DNA from: Ascidiella aspersa
Taxonomy: Eukaryota
Direction of reading: 5' to 3'
Length of the DNA: 64,000 nt
Assembly (NCBI GenBank): GCA_963924565.1
Contig: OZ004607.1
Location: forward strand, 15,500,001 to 15,564,000
The position numbers and the translations under genes were made by a program. Shown one piece after another: positions 38,933 through 51,100 of this stretch (positions are counted from its first letter, which is position 1; every line of letters begins with the position of its first letter). The notes under the pieces are model-generated. The model was given only the letters and a program-made list of their open reading frames with translations, was not told the origin of the DNA and searched no databases.

Positions 38933-39473
38933 TAGTGATTTCCAAACTTTTTTTCTCGCGTACCATTTTGAGCTTTTGTGCAATGTTGATGTACCACCTA
39001 AGTTAGACCTTACTAGAATTTCTCAAACTTTAACTATTTTAGCATATTACCGGTATACAAAAGAAAATGAGCATGTAAGCAGAATTAAACTTTACCAAAC
39101 GCCATACCAGGAAGACAAAGAAGCCATAAATTAAACAAAACCCAAGGTTCAATGCGATAGTTGTTTTTTCTTCACCAGCTGGTCAATACATACGACAATA
39201 CTACAACGCTCATTATTAGTTTATTACTACATATATATTAAGCCAGCTAACAATTAGCGTTTTATTATCTTGAACACGATAAGTGTTACGTCATAAACGT
39301 GCGAAACCTCAAGTTGAAGGTAACTAAAATGCAGCATTGCAAATAACCCAATCTGAAAGTTTTAAAAGTTGAACGTTTTCGAAATAGATACGTATGCTGA
39401 AGTTAGTCGCGTACCACTTGACAGACTCTCGCGTACCACCGGTGGTACGCGTACCACAGTTTGGGAACCACTG
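38933..39473. mobile_element. Buster-type hAT MITE nested in 37526-39633
   Basis: Ends TAGTGATTTCCAAAC / GTTTGGGAACCACTG, perfect TSD CTCTATAA, GCGTACCAC repeats. Confidence 0.88.
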
Positions 39474-39918
39474 CTCTATAACAAAGTTAGTATTTCTTGA
39501 CAATTGCCTGAATAACAAATTGAGCTTTTTTTTACAATTGGCTAAATAACAATTTTTTGGGGGGCCGTGCGTGCCATTTTTTATTAGGTCGCATGCCACA
39601 TTTGGCACGCGTGCCGCTTGTTGGACACCCCTGTCTTACATCGTTTTTAAGCGTGCATTTGAAATTTGTTACTACGAAACTACGAGAGGCGCAACGCATT
39701 GTTTTAATGATAAAACACGAAGCGCTAAATACTATACTGTGACGCTTTGTTGGTGGTTACTGATTACTACTGATAAGTAAGCATTTCGTACTGATTTAAA
39801 TTTACTGGGTATAGTTCTTTCTTTTTGTTTTGTTTTTAGGGTATCTAAATGACAAGCAAGCCGTTTTAAATTCCTATCACAGTTACTTTTAGGCATTTTT
39901 TTATACGCATAAAGATAC

Positions 39919-40487
39919 AGGAACACTCAATACGACCTAAAAAGCAACAATATAAAGCTGAAAAATCTATAAAACAATAGTATTAAGAGTTAAGACCAAC
40001 TAAATAATAAAGCCAAATACGCAGTAATATAGGATCGAAATCGTCCGAAGAAGACCTAAACCTGCCGGAATACGTCCTAAATTCACCGGAATGATAAGGA
40101 CTAAATGGCCAAAATAACCCTTAAACTGTAGGTAGCGAGTATGGCACGATCGGGGCCGTCGGTCTGGCATCGGTCGTTTTGGTGTTTACATTCGTACGCC
40201 CTAGTTTGACGGCTCAGTTAGGGCGCCGCTGTTTTGGCAACGGATGGTTTAGCATTGTTTTGAAATTATTAGGGGAGTTAGTGATGTATACTTAGAGGTG
40301 GGGTTTGGGGTTAGGTAAAATGTTGCATAGGCCTGATTCTGGTCATTTAGGGTTTTTTTTTCGTCGGGTTTAGGACTAACCGATTTTGACGGTTACGTAT
40401 TTGTCCTACAGTACTTTGGTCTTATTCCGAAGCGTGATTTATTCCAAAGTTTATGTTGGTCTTATTTCGGTCTTATGGCTGGAGTCC
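39919..40487 (+). mobile_element. Non-autonomous DNA element, GG..CC family with telomere-like core (full copy)
   Basis: 8-bp TSD AAAGATAC, imperfect terminal inverted repeats, related copies at 43329, 46205, 50263 and 61895. Confidence 0.8.
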
Positions 40488-40741
40488 AAAGATACCTTGT
40501 TAAAGCATCGGAATAAAAAATAAATGCCTAATTTACTTTTAGTTATAGAAATATATCATAGCCAAACATAAGAAATTAATTCAGGGTTTCCTAATTTCAC
40601 TTTTTACTCTGTACACAAACCCTTTGGGGGTCTGCGGGCAAGATATACATTGGTAGATAATTTAAAACAATCATTTACCATAAATCTATTTTTTTTTATC
40701 TTGCTGCCTATTTTGCAAGAAAATATTCTGTCTATATAGAC

Positions 40742-41067
40742 CAGGGGTTCTTAAACTTTTTTTTACCGCGGACCCCTAACTTTTGTTTTGCTTTGCCAAA
40801 ACCCCGGTAGACAAGAAATGCTCCAAAAGAAAAATACAAATAGACTTCATGACTCTGTTATTTCGGTCCGAAAAATGTGAAACTTAAATGGAGTCTAACT
40901 ATACCGGTGCATTCAGTACAAACCCGTTTAAATTTAATTAAAGTGTTTTCTTTTAAAAATTAATATCTTTAAGTATACACTAGTTCTTTAATTAGGCCTT
41001 CATGGACCCCCTAAAACAAGTTCACGGACACCCAAGGGGTCCATGGACCCCAGTTTAACAACCCCTG
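40742..41067. mobile_element. Buster-type hAT MITE (complete copy)
   Basis: TIR CAGGGGTTCTTAAACT / AGTTTAACAACCCCTG, TSD ATATAGAC/ATATGGAC. Confidence 0.9.
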
Positions 41068-41230
41068 ATATGGACCAAATAGTCCATTTTATTTTATTCA
41101 TAAATAATTTCAAACTGAATACAAGAATTAACGCTTGTAAAACAAAGTCTCACAACAGATATTGCTTTAATCGTAGTAAAATAAATGTTGTATAATTTAT
41201 TTGAGAAAACATATGGTTCTGTCTATTTCA
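40748..41230. repeat. Right copy of 483-bp inverted duplication
   Basis: Reverse complement of 33667-34149. Confidence 0.92.
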
Positions 41231-42525
41231 AAAGTACGCAAGGGTGTCTTCAAAATTGTTTTTTTAACTAGTCAAGCTGGTAAAATCATACATGGAAAAG
41301 AAAAATACGAATCAAAAGGCTTTTAGACCTTTCCAGGAATATATTTTTATTGGAATTTGAAAAAAATAACCTGCTTAACCTTTTAAAATAACATTCCTAA
41401 TATAAAACCTACAAAAAACTAATGGTTTCTATCAAAAAGCATCTTCAGACACGGTAAAAAGTAATGCACGCGCTATCTCGCAAAAAACGCGTTTAGTCGT
41501 GTCTGTCTGCTGTGCGTAAGATTTGCGTCAAGTCTGGTCGGTGGAGACGCGACAACAAAAGAAATAGCGTTCCATCTCATCGGTCTCGATCAGTCTGCTT
41601 TAAAGCGTTTTTGTCTAACCGGTGGGGATTCACCCTAAGCCCTGAAAATATACCCCAGGACAAAATATACTACAACCGCACCCCCGTCTAGTTTTAATCT
41701 ACTATTATTGCCACCTATACGACAGTGAAATATATTGGAAACGAATTATCGCCAAGAAAGTTTTGTTTTTTCTTTTTATCTATATCTGCATATATTTACT
41801 AATTAATTTTACCAGATTTTTGAACGATAACTTTTGTTCTGTGCAAAACGCATGAAATTAATTAGTGATAACGTCGCAAGGATACGTCATAACGAAGCGG
41901 TATAAAACAAAGCTTGAGAAAACTGTTGTTTGTCGGTCGATCTCGTGCACTACAAAATTCGATTTTGTGTACTAAAAGTTCGATCTCGTGTACTAAAAAA
42001 CAAAGCTTGAGAAACCTGAGGTTGTGGTTTGATCTCGTAACTAAAATATTAGTCTTAATTAGTGGTTCTCAAGCTGCGTGCCGCGGGAAACCCTGTGCCT
42101 TTAGAGATTCTTATGTGTTCCGGGAAACATTTTGTAAATTTTGCAAAACAAAGTAATATAAATTTATATGTCAAATATGCGAGACTTCGATGTACACGAG
42201 ATAACTGATATTATACAATTTACTTGATACCTTTCCGTCCAGTTTGTTGAGTGACGCGAAGTTATAATTGTTTGGTCTTGCAAAAGCAGTGCCGCGAATT
42301 TAGTTTTAATTATTCTTTTAGCGCAGGCTTAAAAAACATTTTGCGTCGGGATTTTTGTTTGGAGGATTAATGAATTTTATTTCAGATGTGACGTAACATG
42401 TTACATTGCAACGTGACGTTACGATTCAAGTAGTCCTAAGAAACGTCCTGTTCTTTATTCGGCGTGCAAATATGCAACAGAAGTGCAGTTAAATCCTGTA
42501 CAAAACATTTTTCGTTTGTTTAAGG

Positions 42526-42892
42526 CAGTGCTTCTCAGTTCTCATCCTTTTTTCTTTCGTGGCCCATTTTCGTTGCACAAAAATTCTGTGGCCCACTAAA
42601 TGTTTATGAAAAAAACAACTATGAAATAGGTTTAGAACAAAAAACAGCAGAACATGTTTCAAAACAGAATATTTCTTTAACCGTGCATTTGTGAGATACT
42701 ATAGCTGCCGAACAATAAATTTACATTCCTTCAATTTCTCCCCAAGCCATTATTTTTGTAAAATTAAGTGTACTGACACAAAACAAAAATTAATTTTTCA
42801 TTAAATCTAGCTTTATAAAATTGGTCTGTGGCCCACTCAAAATGTTCCCATGGCCCACTAGTGAGTCATGGCCCACTGGTTGAGAACCGCTG
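42526..42892. mobile_element. Buster-type hAT MITE
   Basis: Ends CAGTGCTTCTCA / TGAGAACCGCTG, perfect TSD GTTTAAGG, GTGGCCCA repeats. Confidence 0.88.
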
Positions 42893-43328
42893 GTTTAAGG
42901 TGACAAAACTTTCTAAGTTAAACCGTGTTTTTTTTTATTTTTTGCTATAACCGAAATACCAATAAGCGCATTTTATTAAAAGAGCGAAACTTAGGCGACC
43001 TAATTCTCTTCATTGAAACTTTTGTTAGCCTATAGTGAACGAAACACAAATAAAACAATTGCATATAAGATCAAATTTGATTCACATGAGCCATGACCAG
43101 GGCCGGATTAACCAATAGGCTAATAAGGCTATAGCCTTAGGTCCTGGAAAAATTCGGCCCTCAATTGTTTAAGGTTAAATTTTTGTAAGGCTGAAGTGAT
43201 ACAGATCCAGTACCGGTACAGTATAGTTTTTGCTTTTATGTACCTTGTGTGTGAGTAGATAAATAAATCGTTTTATTTATGCTGCAAACAAGGAAGAATT
43301 TTCCATATTATGTGCTTTTACTTTTAAG

Positions 43329-43873
43329 GGGAACACAAAATAAAACCTAAAAAGCAGCAATCAATACCTAAAGCAGAAAAATCTATAAACTCGTATTAAG
43401 ACCGATGACATAATAAAGCCGAAAACGCCGATTACTGCCCAGTACAGAATAAGATCAAAATCTGTCCAAATACGCCCTAAATTCATCGTAATATTGCCTA
43501 AATGGCCTAAATAAACTGTAGGGAAAGGCTATGGGTCGATTGAGCGCTGTGTTAGGTATGGCATTAGCCGTTTTGGTGTCGACGTTTGGACGCCCTAGTT
43601 TCACCGGCACCATTAGGGCGCCGCTGTTTTTGTATTGGATTTTTGGCCCTGTTTGGGGTTATTGGTGTGGGTTAAAATTATTAGGGGTGTTAGTGATGTA
43701 CTGAAGGTTGAGGTTTGAGATTAGGTAAAGTGTTGTTTATGCCTGATTCTGGCCATTCTTATTTAAACTTAGACGGTACTACGACTATTAGGTATTGGTC
43801 TCCTATTTTGGTCTTATTCAGAAGTGTGTTTTATTGCGACGTTGATGTTGTTCTCATTTCGGTCTTATGGTTG
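43329..43873 (+). mobile_element. GG..CC family copy
   Basis: Collinear similarity to 39919-40487 (GGGAACAC..CGCCCTAGTTT..GTTAGTGATGTAC..GGTCTTATGG). Confidence 0.75.
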
Positions 43874-43903
43874 TTAGAGGTTTGAATGCCGACATCATTC
43901 ATA

Positions 43904-44120
43904 AGGTTGTTTAACACTAGACGTGTCTGGCGTTGACGTACAACGTTTATAAAAAAAATGCTTTCGGTTGCGGAAGTTGAAGCAGTCAACTTTCACGCTT
44001 TCTGTTAGGAGCGAGGAAATTTGCCGTTAACGCTGTTAACGTGTTATGTGTGAACTGGACGCCGCTAGCGTTGAATGCCAGACGCCTACGCTAAAAGCAA
44101 AACGTGTCTAGTGTGAACCA
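43904..44120. mobile_element. Degenerate palindromic MITE, PIF/Harbinger-like
   Basis: Inverted ends ..TTAACACTAGAC.. / ..GTCTAGTGTGAACC.. with internal inverted TCTGGCGTT / AATGCCAGA. Confidence 0.5.
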
Positions 44121-44605
44121 AAAACGTATACGTATGGTGAGGAAAATGTAATTTTAAATATAGGCTACGTTTTGTAATAGGGGAGATATGGGATCAGTGA
44201 CTCAGGAGCTTATTTACTCGTTTGGGTGTTCAAAGTGGAATATTATATCCTTTTATTGCGTTTTATCGCAAAGTTTTGCGCCTAATCGTACGTTTGCGAG
44301 TGGCAAGATTGGATAAAGGCCTGTCGATGGAACGAAACAATTGTGCTACTTTATAGCCTACGTAGCCATCCAGTGCAGCGTCAGCATTTTTTCGTGCAGC
44401 CTATTACTTGACGATAACCTTCGCCTAATCTTTAAGTTTCCGTCAAATGCATTTGGGCAAGCAACTAAATTGTAATGCCTGGGTCAAAGATTTCCCAATT
44501 TCCTTAACAAGTTTGCAAAAGAACATCGTGAAACGCGCAAGGTATGCTACAGGGTTACTCAAGGTCAATTTTTAGGCCAATATCCAGCTGGGTTATGGAC
44601 TAGGG

Positions 44606-45773
44606 CAGGGGCGTGCAACCTGCGGCCCGCGGGCCAAATGCGACCCGCGGAACCAAAATATGTGGCCCGCGGATGCTTTGGTTTTTGGCCCGCACCACTA
44701 AACATTCAGGTAACTGTTAAAATATTGAAACTTGCTGACTGTTACTCCTTATATAGCATGTATTTTTTTAGTTTATTAGAATTACAATAGAATGTGACTT
44801 GCTAACATATTAGAACAGAATGTGACCTGCTAACATATTAGAATAGAAGGTGACCTACTAACAAAATAAAACTACAAAATGTGTTTTGGATGCTGTTGCG
44901 AAAGCGCACAACTTTGTGTGAAAGTGAACTAAGCGCTGCAACTTTTTTGTTCTTGAAATGCTTTAGAATAGCTAATTAATTTGAGGCCATGTAAAGAAAG
45001 CATATTAAAAATGTCCGTTTGATCTTTTTCGCTCATTTGAAATGTAATTGTTTTATATTCAATTTCAATGTTCATGTGAGTTGTAAAAAAAAGAAACAAA
45101 TTTCTCTCAGCGCAGCTAAAAAGTAGTTTTTTACCACGAACATTTCGATCTAAATAGGTTTACACAGCTGAGAAAATTTATCGCTTTTAAGGTGGCATTG
45201 TTCGGTTCAACGTACGTGTGTAAGCAATTTTTTTGTGGTAGTCACTAACACAGTGGTAGGCCAACTGTGGTCCGTGAGTTATTTTCGAATAGCTTGGTGT
45301 TATCATGTACCGTATAGCCGTACATTCATTGCACTTTATTTTAACAATTGGTGTGGCACATAATGTTTTAAATTTGCTCAGATTGGAAAGACCCAGCACG
45401 TTCCAAATGTGGTCTGGTAAGCCTGTAAAACTATACTTTTTGCCAACTTTAACTCTAGGTAAACGCAAATTTTTCGCGCTTCGCGCGTATATTTCTTTTT
45501 ATATGATGTTTTATATAGCATAGCAGTGTTTTGGTCATTAAGCATCGTAGAATATTTCACCTTAAAACCAAATATCCCCTTGAATCCGCCACTGTTTTCG
45601 TAGTGGTTTTACGTAGTGGGCCTTTAAGTAGCTCTGAAAAGACTACTTTAGGCCGCAACAAAAAGTTTGCCGACTACTGCGCTAACATGTAGACGACGAG
45701 ATATGCAAGTGGCCCGTGGTCTAATCCGAATACACATATTTGGCCAGGCAGTATGAAAGGTTGCACGCCCCTG
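44606..45773. mobile_element. Buster-type hAT non-autonomous element
   Basis: TIR CAGGGGCGTGCAACCT / AGGTTGCACGCCCCTG, TSD GACTAGGG/GACTAGGT, GGCCCGC subterminal repeats. Confidence 0.9.
44786..44863. repeat. 28-bp minisatellite, about 2.8 copies
   Basis: AAYAGAATGTGACYTGCTAACATATTAG repeated in tandem. Confidence 0.85.
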
Positions 45774-46204
45774 GACTAGGTTATTTGGCAAATAATAGAA
45801 ACGAATTATTAAATAAAAAATCTAGGAATCATCTCGGTGAATGTAGTGACAAAACTCGAATACAAAAAACCTCGGCGGAGTCCAAAAACAAGCTTTGAAA
45901 GTATAGGTGCATTTATTCAACTTTTCTCTTACATTTTGAATTAAATGCTGTGGTATGTTGAAGGGTAGATTAAACTTCACATTACGACCTCTAAATCCTA
46001 TTTTACGGCGCAAATAAAACCTGCAGATGAAAAAACGTTTAAAAGTGATCCACTGGTCCCACATCTCGCCTAAACTGTGAGTCTAGGACACTTAATTACA
46101 TTTATTACATGTTTATAATTTGTTGTGTTATTTTTTGTAGCTTCGTTTGCAAAATTAGGCCCTTCCCTGGTAAATAGCCTTAGGCCTACAGTACCCTTAA
46201 TCCG

Positions 46205-46511
46205 CGTCGCTATTTTGGCATAATTTTTGGCTCTTTTGGGGGTTAGGCCTATTGGTGGGTAATCAGTGGGGTTAGAAATAGGGTTGAAATTATTAGGTAA
46301 GTTAGTGATCTACTTATGGGATGGAGTTTGGGGTTAGGGTTAGGTAAAGTGTTTTTAGGGCCTGATTCTGACCATTTTGGTCTGATTACGACGGGTTTAG
46401 GACTTATTTAGACGGAAGCCTACTACGACTATTAGCTACCAGTCCTAATTTGTTCTTATTCTTAGGTGTGTTATTATTCCGACTTTAAAGTAGGTCTGAA
46501 GGCTGGATTCC
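46205..46511 (+). mobile_element. GG..CC family, 3' half
   Basis: Contains GGGGTTAGGGTTAGGTAAAGTG and ends GGCTGGATTCC. Confidence 0.7.
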
Positions 46512-48190
46512 GATTAATCTTGCTAAGATTTTTTGTGTAGCCTGCTTTAACCGATGTAACTACTGCAGTTGGCGAACCAATCGAATAAAACGGCGACCCA
46601 ATGTTTGGTCGCGACCAATGGATTGAGAAACCTTGCTTTCGAAGGAGCCTTATTGTGTTTCGCAGAAAAAGTTAGCACTATGGACTCCACATCTAAATGA
46701 CTGCACCGAAATCACGTTAAAAGTTCGCACAAAGCCCAAAACCCTAATTGCGTTTATATTGTTTTGTTATTTTAATCATTGCCATATTGCAATAAAACGA
46801 TACAGTTTTGCACAAACAGCACATTTCTAGGCAGCGAAGGACAACACGAAACATAAATATTGTACAAAGATTTACCTCATAAAAATATATAAAACATTGC
46901 AGAGATGAATACTAATGATAAAGCAAGGATAAAGCAAAGACAGAATGTGGTACACGTTTAAAAAAAATAAACAAGTTTAACTAAAAAAGGAAAAATTATT
47001 GATCAATTTACAGAGCTTACAGTTTTTTCGTTCTCGCTCATAGAGTTCTTAGATCATCGCACAATTTTTAACGTTGAAAGGATTTACGAATATTTAAGAC
47101 TAAACCAACCTTGCCTTAGTAATTTAATAAACTTTTATGCCGTCTTTAATTGGCTCCACTTTACAAGTATCATGTGTCTCAAATCTATTAATAGCGGACA
47201 GGGACAACAAAGTGTTGAAAAATAATATAATGAATACAAAATTGGGACCTCAAATTTAAAAACAGTTCCTTCATATCAGCACTTTTCATATACTAGTATT
47301 AGTTCACAAACTTGGTATTTTCTTACACTAATAAAGGCTTGGGTATTTTTTTTATGTTTATATTGTTTTACTTTTTTATCCTTGGTATGATGTTTAACTC
47401 CCCATCATTGTTACAAAATTAACTGTTTTGATAAAAGCATTCTGGCAGGTGCGCAGGTGCGCAGCTCATTTTATTACCAGTTTTTTGTGTCCATCCCTGA
47501 TTTAGTAAATTGCAAATATATATATTATGTCGTGTTAGCATTTTAACAACCCCTATGTGTAAAACAGTTGGCGCTGTACACTCGTCTTAGTGAAAAGAAC
47601 TTGACTGGTCACTTTTAGAAAAGTGATTGCTTCTAAATATTTTCAGAGCTGTTCGTTTGTTTTGTAAATAAACAACTTTCTAAGTGAGTTGTAACATTCC
47701 ATTGTTGTTTATATAAGTTTAGGCCAATAATATTCAGATTGAGGTACAAAAAATGTTTTTCTTATTGCTGTCATTCAATCGGTGGTTTGCTATTAATTTT
47801 GTAAATGCCTAGTTTTATTAGTTACTTAAAACATGATCTACGACCGTTTATCTTAGGCCCTATAAGATTTTAAATTTTTTTTCCAAAAACAATCAAATTG
47901 GTATATCTACATGGTAATTAATTAAGCTGAAACACTTTAGAAAGTAAGGATCTCCCGCGGACAGTAAAATGTAAAAGAAAGATTCTTGTCTTATAAGACT
48001 GTTTATTTATAAAATAAACAGTCTTAACATCTTGGTAATTAAATAGTAAGAAATAGGTACTTAGCAGTAAACCATAAAGAGAGAAATTTAAGATTCTATG
48101 TTAATATTTATGGAGTTTTATATTGGCAGATTTTACAATTGCTTGAACAAAAAGAACAAAATTTAAACCTGACATAAATGAATTCCCAAC

Positions 48191-51100
48191 ATGATGCGAA
48201 AAAATAAAAAACTCGTTGAGGGTGATCAGACAAATGAATGGAGAAAATCTGGAAGCTTTGTTAATAAGCCACAAAGGGGATGGCTTCACCCTGACAATGC
48301 TGTTATGGGACCCGGAGTAGTTTATTCAGTCCAGGTAAGCTGTTTAGCATTAAAAAAATAATATATATATTATTCTCTAGTCTAAAGATTTTTACCAGTT
48401 CTTTCAGTCTGGTTGAAATCACTGCAAGAAAAAAATTTGTTAAAATTTAGTTTAGAAATGAATTTAATTTTTGTTTTTGCCAATTTTAGGCAATCACTAA
48501 ATTGTTTGTTTTGCAATGTGTCGTCATTCTCATCATTTGTTTATGTGACAGATGTGTAACTCTCACAGTGGACTGATTTTACATTCCCAACATTTGTTTT
48601 TTGCATGTTGTACAATTAGATTTGTTTATTTGTTGTTTAATTATCAGTTTGCTTGATTGCCAGTAGGGCCAGTTTACACTTGCCAAAGATGTTGGCATGC
48701 CCTCTTCATTTTTAGTAGTTGTGCAAGCTGGCATTGTCTTTAGCATTTAATATAAGTTATCCTAGATCAGCACATTGAGTCCAGTAGAGCTGATACCAAA
48801 AAACAATGTTTGCTTAAGGCCACTCACCAGTCGGGAAGTGGGTGTCAATCAGTACTCATAGAGCAAAATTGCACTTAACCCTGTACATCTTTTGTATGAT
48901 AAGATATAATAGAAATATGATTGGTAGTGTCATGTTAACACGTGATTAGGTAGTTGGATGCACTATGCAAGGATCTGTAATGTAGCCTGATAATGAATTG
49001 TCAAGCCAAAAAGCTCCAGTAGATTGACATAATCTTGATTAAGACGTTCCAATACAAGCTTGTATCGAGTCACATTAACTAAAGATGATACTGTTCGTAT
49101 TGAAACATCTTAATCAAGATGATGTCGATCTACACTACCTATTTGGCTTTGCAATTCATTATCAAGCAACATGTGATTATATAATATAGAAATTTCAAAC
49201 TGTTTTATTTCGCAGTTCAGAGTTCACACAACAATATAACAAGTATAATATAAAAAATGTACAATAAATATCCAGCAAAACATAGTATTTAAACTTACAG
49301 CTAAAATAGAAGTAAGTGAGTAGGGTGTCAAAGCCAACAAATACCTAAATTGAATATTCTAATCACGAACACTAGCAATTGTATATTAGGGTGGAGTGAA
49401 AAAAATAAAAATCACTAATTCAAAAAAAGTCCCCACTGAATAGTTGCCTTTGGTCCCAAAACTAAGTTTAAAAATGTTTTTAGGAAGTTGCCTCGAATAC
49501 TCAGGTGACAACCCTGACGCAAAGGTCATGCAGGGGTCAAATCCCATAAAAATGCTATAACTCTGTGACCGGTGGTGCTAGAGAGTTAATTTTGATGCCA
49601 AAAGAAGCGGAATGTGTACTTTCTTATCTGTCCTAAAATAACTATTTGTCCTAATTTAACTAAAAATATACTTAATTTAGAAAATATCGATTTCGAGTGC
49701 CTAAACCTAATGCCGAAATAAGTGGACTATCCAAGACCATTTTTATGAGTAATTAAACATTGTTGGTGCTGGTATCAGTCTAGTTACTAAAACATTTGAT
49801 TTTGATGAGACTTACTAATCCACTTATTATACAAAAAACTTTTATAATGTAACTGATAGTGAGTAAATGTTGGATAGTCCACTTATTTAGGCATTAGGTT
49901 TAGGCACTCGAAATCGATATTTTTTAAATTAAGTATATTTTTAGTGAAATTAGGCAAATAGTTCTTTTAGGGCAGATAAGAAATGGCACATTCCGCTTCT
50001 TTTGGTATCAAAATTAACTCTCTAGCACCAGTGGTCACAGAGTTATAGCATTTTTATGGGATTTGACCCCTACATGACCTTCGCATCAGGGTTGTCACCT
50101 GAGTATTCGAGGCAACTTCCCAAAAACATTTTTAAACTTAGTTTTTGGACCAAAGGCAACTATTGAGTGGGGACTTTTTTTGAATTAGTGATTTTTATTT
50201 TTTTCACTCCACCCTATTGTATATGTAATAGAAAAATAAGGACCAATATATATACATTAAATGGACTTCAGCCATAAGATCGAAATACCAACATCCACGT
50301 CGGAATAAAACACAGTTCAGAATAAGCCCAAAATATGGCTAATACCTAATACTACAGTCAGTCTAAATGGGAATAAGTCCTAAACCATCAGTCGGAATAA
50401 GGCCTAAATGGTAAGAATCAGGCCTATATAACAACTTACTTAATCCCAAACCCAGCCCCTAAGTACATTACTAACTATCCTAATAATTTCAACCCTGACC
50501 CATTTTCTAACCTTACCAATAACCCCAAACGCGACTAAAACCCGGTGCCAAAACAGCCGCCGTTCAAACTAGGTCATTCCCATGTCGACAACAGCCTTTG
50601 TTTCCTGTTTCTGTACAAGTCAAATTTTGTCAGTTTTCGGTTTTTGTATGAAATATTTTGACTAAAAACCTTGTTCTTATGTTTTTTCTACCCAGTTAAT
50701 GAAAGGATTTAGATTCTATCAGAAAACTGTAGTTCTGCATAAGAGAGGGTAAATGGTATCCAAACAAACTAAATACAGAGTATGAGATATTCATGCCTGT
50801 CAACAATTTCTAAGCTGGATAATTGTCCTTGATACTTAGTGTACTTGGTTTGAGTGCCAGTATGCCAAACACCTAATACTGGCCATACAATCACGTAGTT
50901 TTGTGTTAGTTATTTATTATACAACATATATAAGTGATAAAAATAGTAATCAAATGATCTAAATCAAAAACATTTTACTTCAAGGCACAAGTTAAACTAT
51001 AGACAGTCACTTGTTATCAGCAATCGGCCCAGGAGTTGAACTCAAAACCCAGTAATACTAATGCTTTTTTATTTTGTTTCACCAACGCACATTGTTACCA

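Larger units (their letters stand above)
37526..39633. mobile_element. Buster-type hAT element, outer shell of a three-level nest
   Basis: TIR CAGGGGTGTCCAAC / GTTGGACACCCCTG, perfect TSD TCTTACAT. Confidence 0.9.
43098..46204. mobile_element. Possible outer hAT-like element with nested insertions
   Basis: Left end CAGGGCCGGATTAA..TAGCCTTAGG; right remnant TAGCCTTAGGCC..CTTAATCCG; the right tip is disrupted and there is no TSD. Confidence 0.45.

Noticed and set aside
44786-44863. CRISPR-like appearance of 28-bp repeats (also 41904-42045 and 35523-35573)
   Set aside because: The repeats are directly tandem or irregular with no unique spacers, in eukaryotic DNA without cas genes.
46326-46346. 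Interstitial telomere or chromosome fusion site
   Set aside because: Only about two TTAGGG units, embedded in a dispersed repeat family.
45822-46860. Possible two-exon minus-strand micro-gene (ATGAG|GT near 46856 joined to the acceptor near 46021, MRFYLRRKIG..)
   Set aside because: The phase fits, but there is no recognisable homology and it spans repeat fragments; cannot be supported without transcript data.
30200-47900. Short intergenic ORFs (60-94 aa)
   Set aside because: Most lie inside MITEs, have biased composition and show no domain signal.
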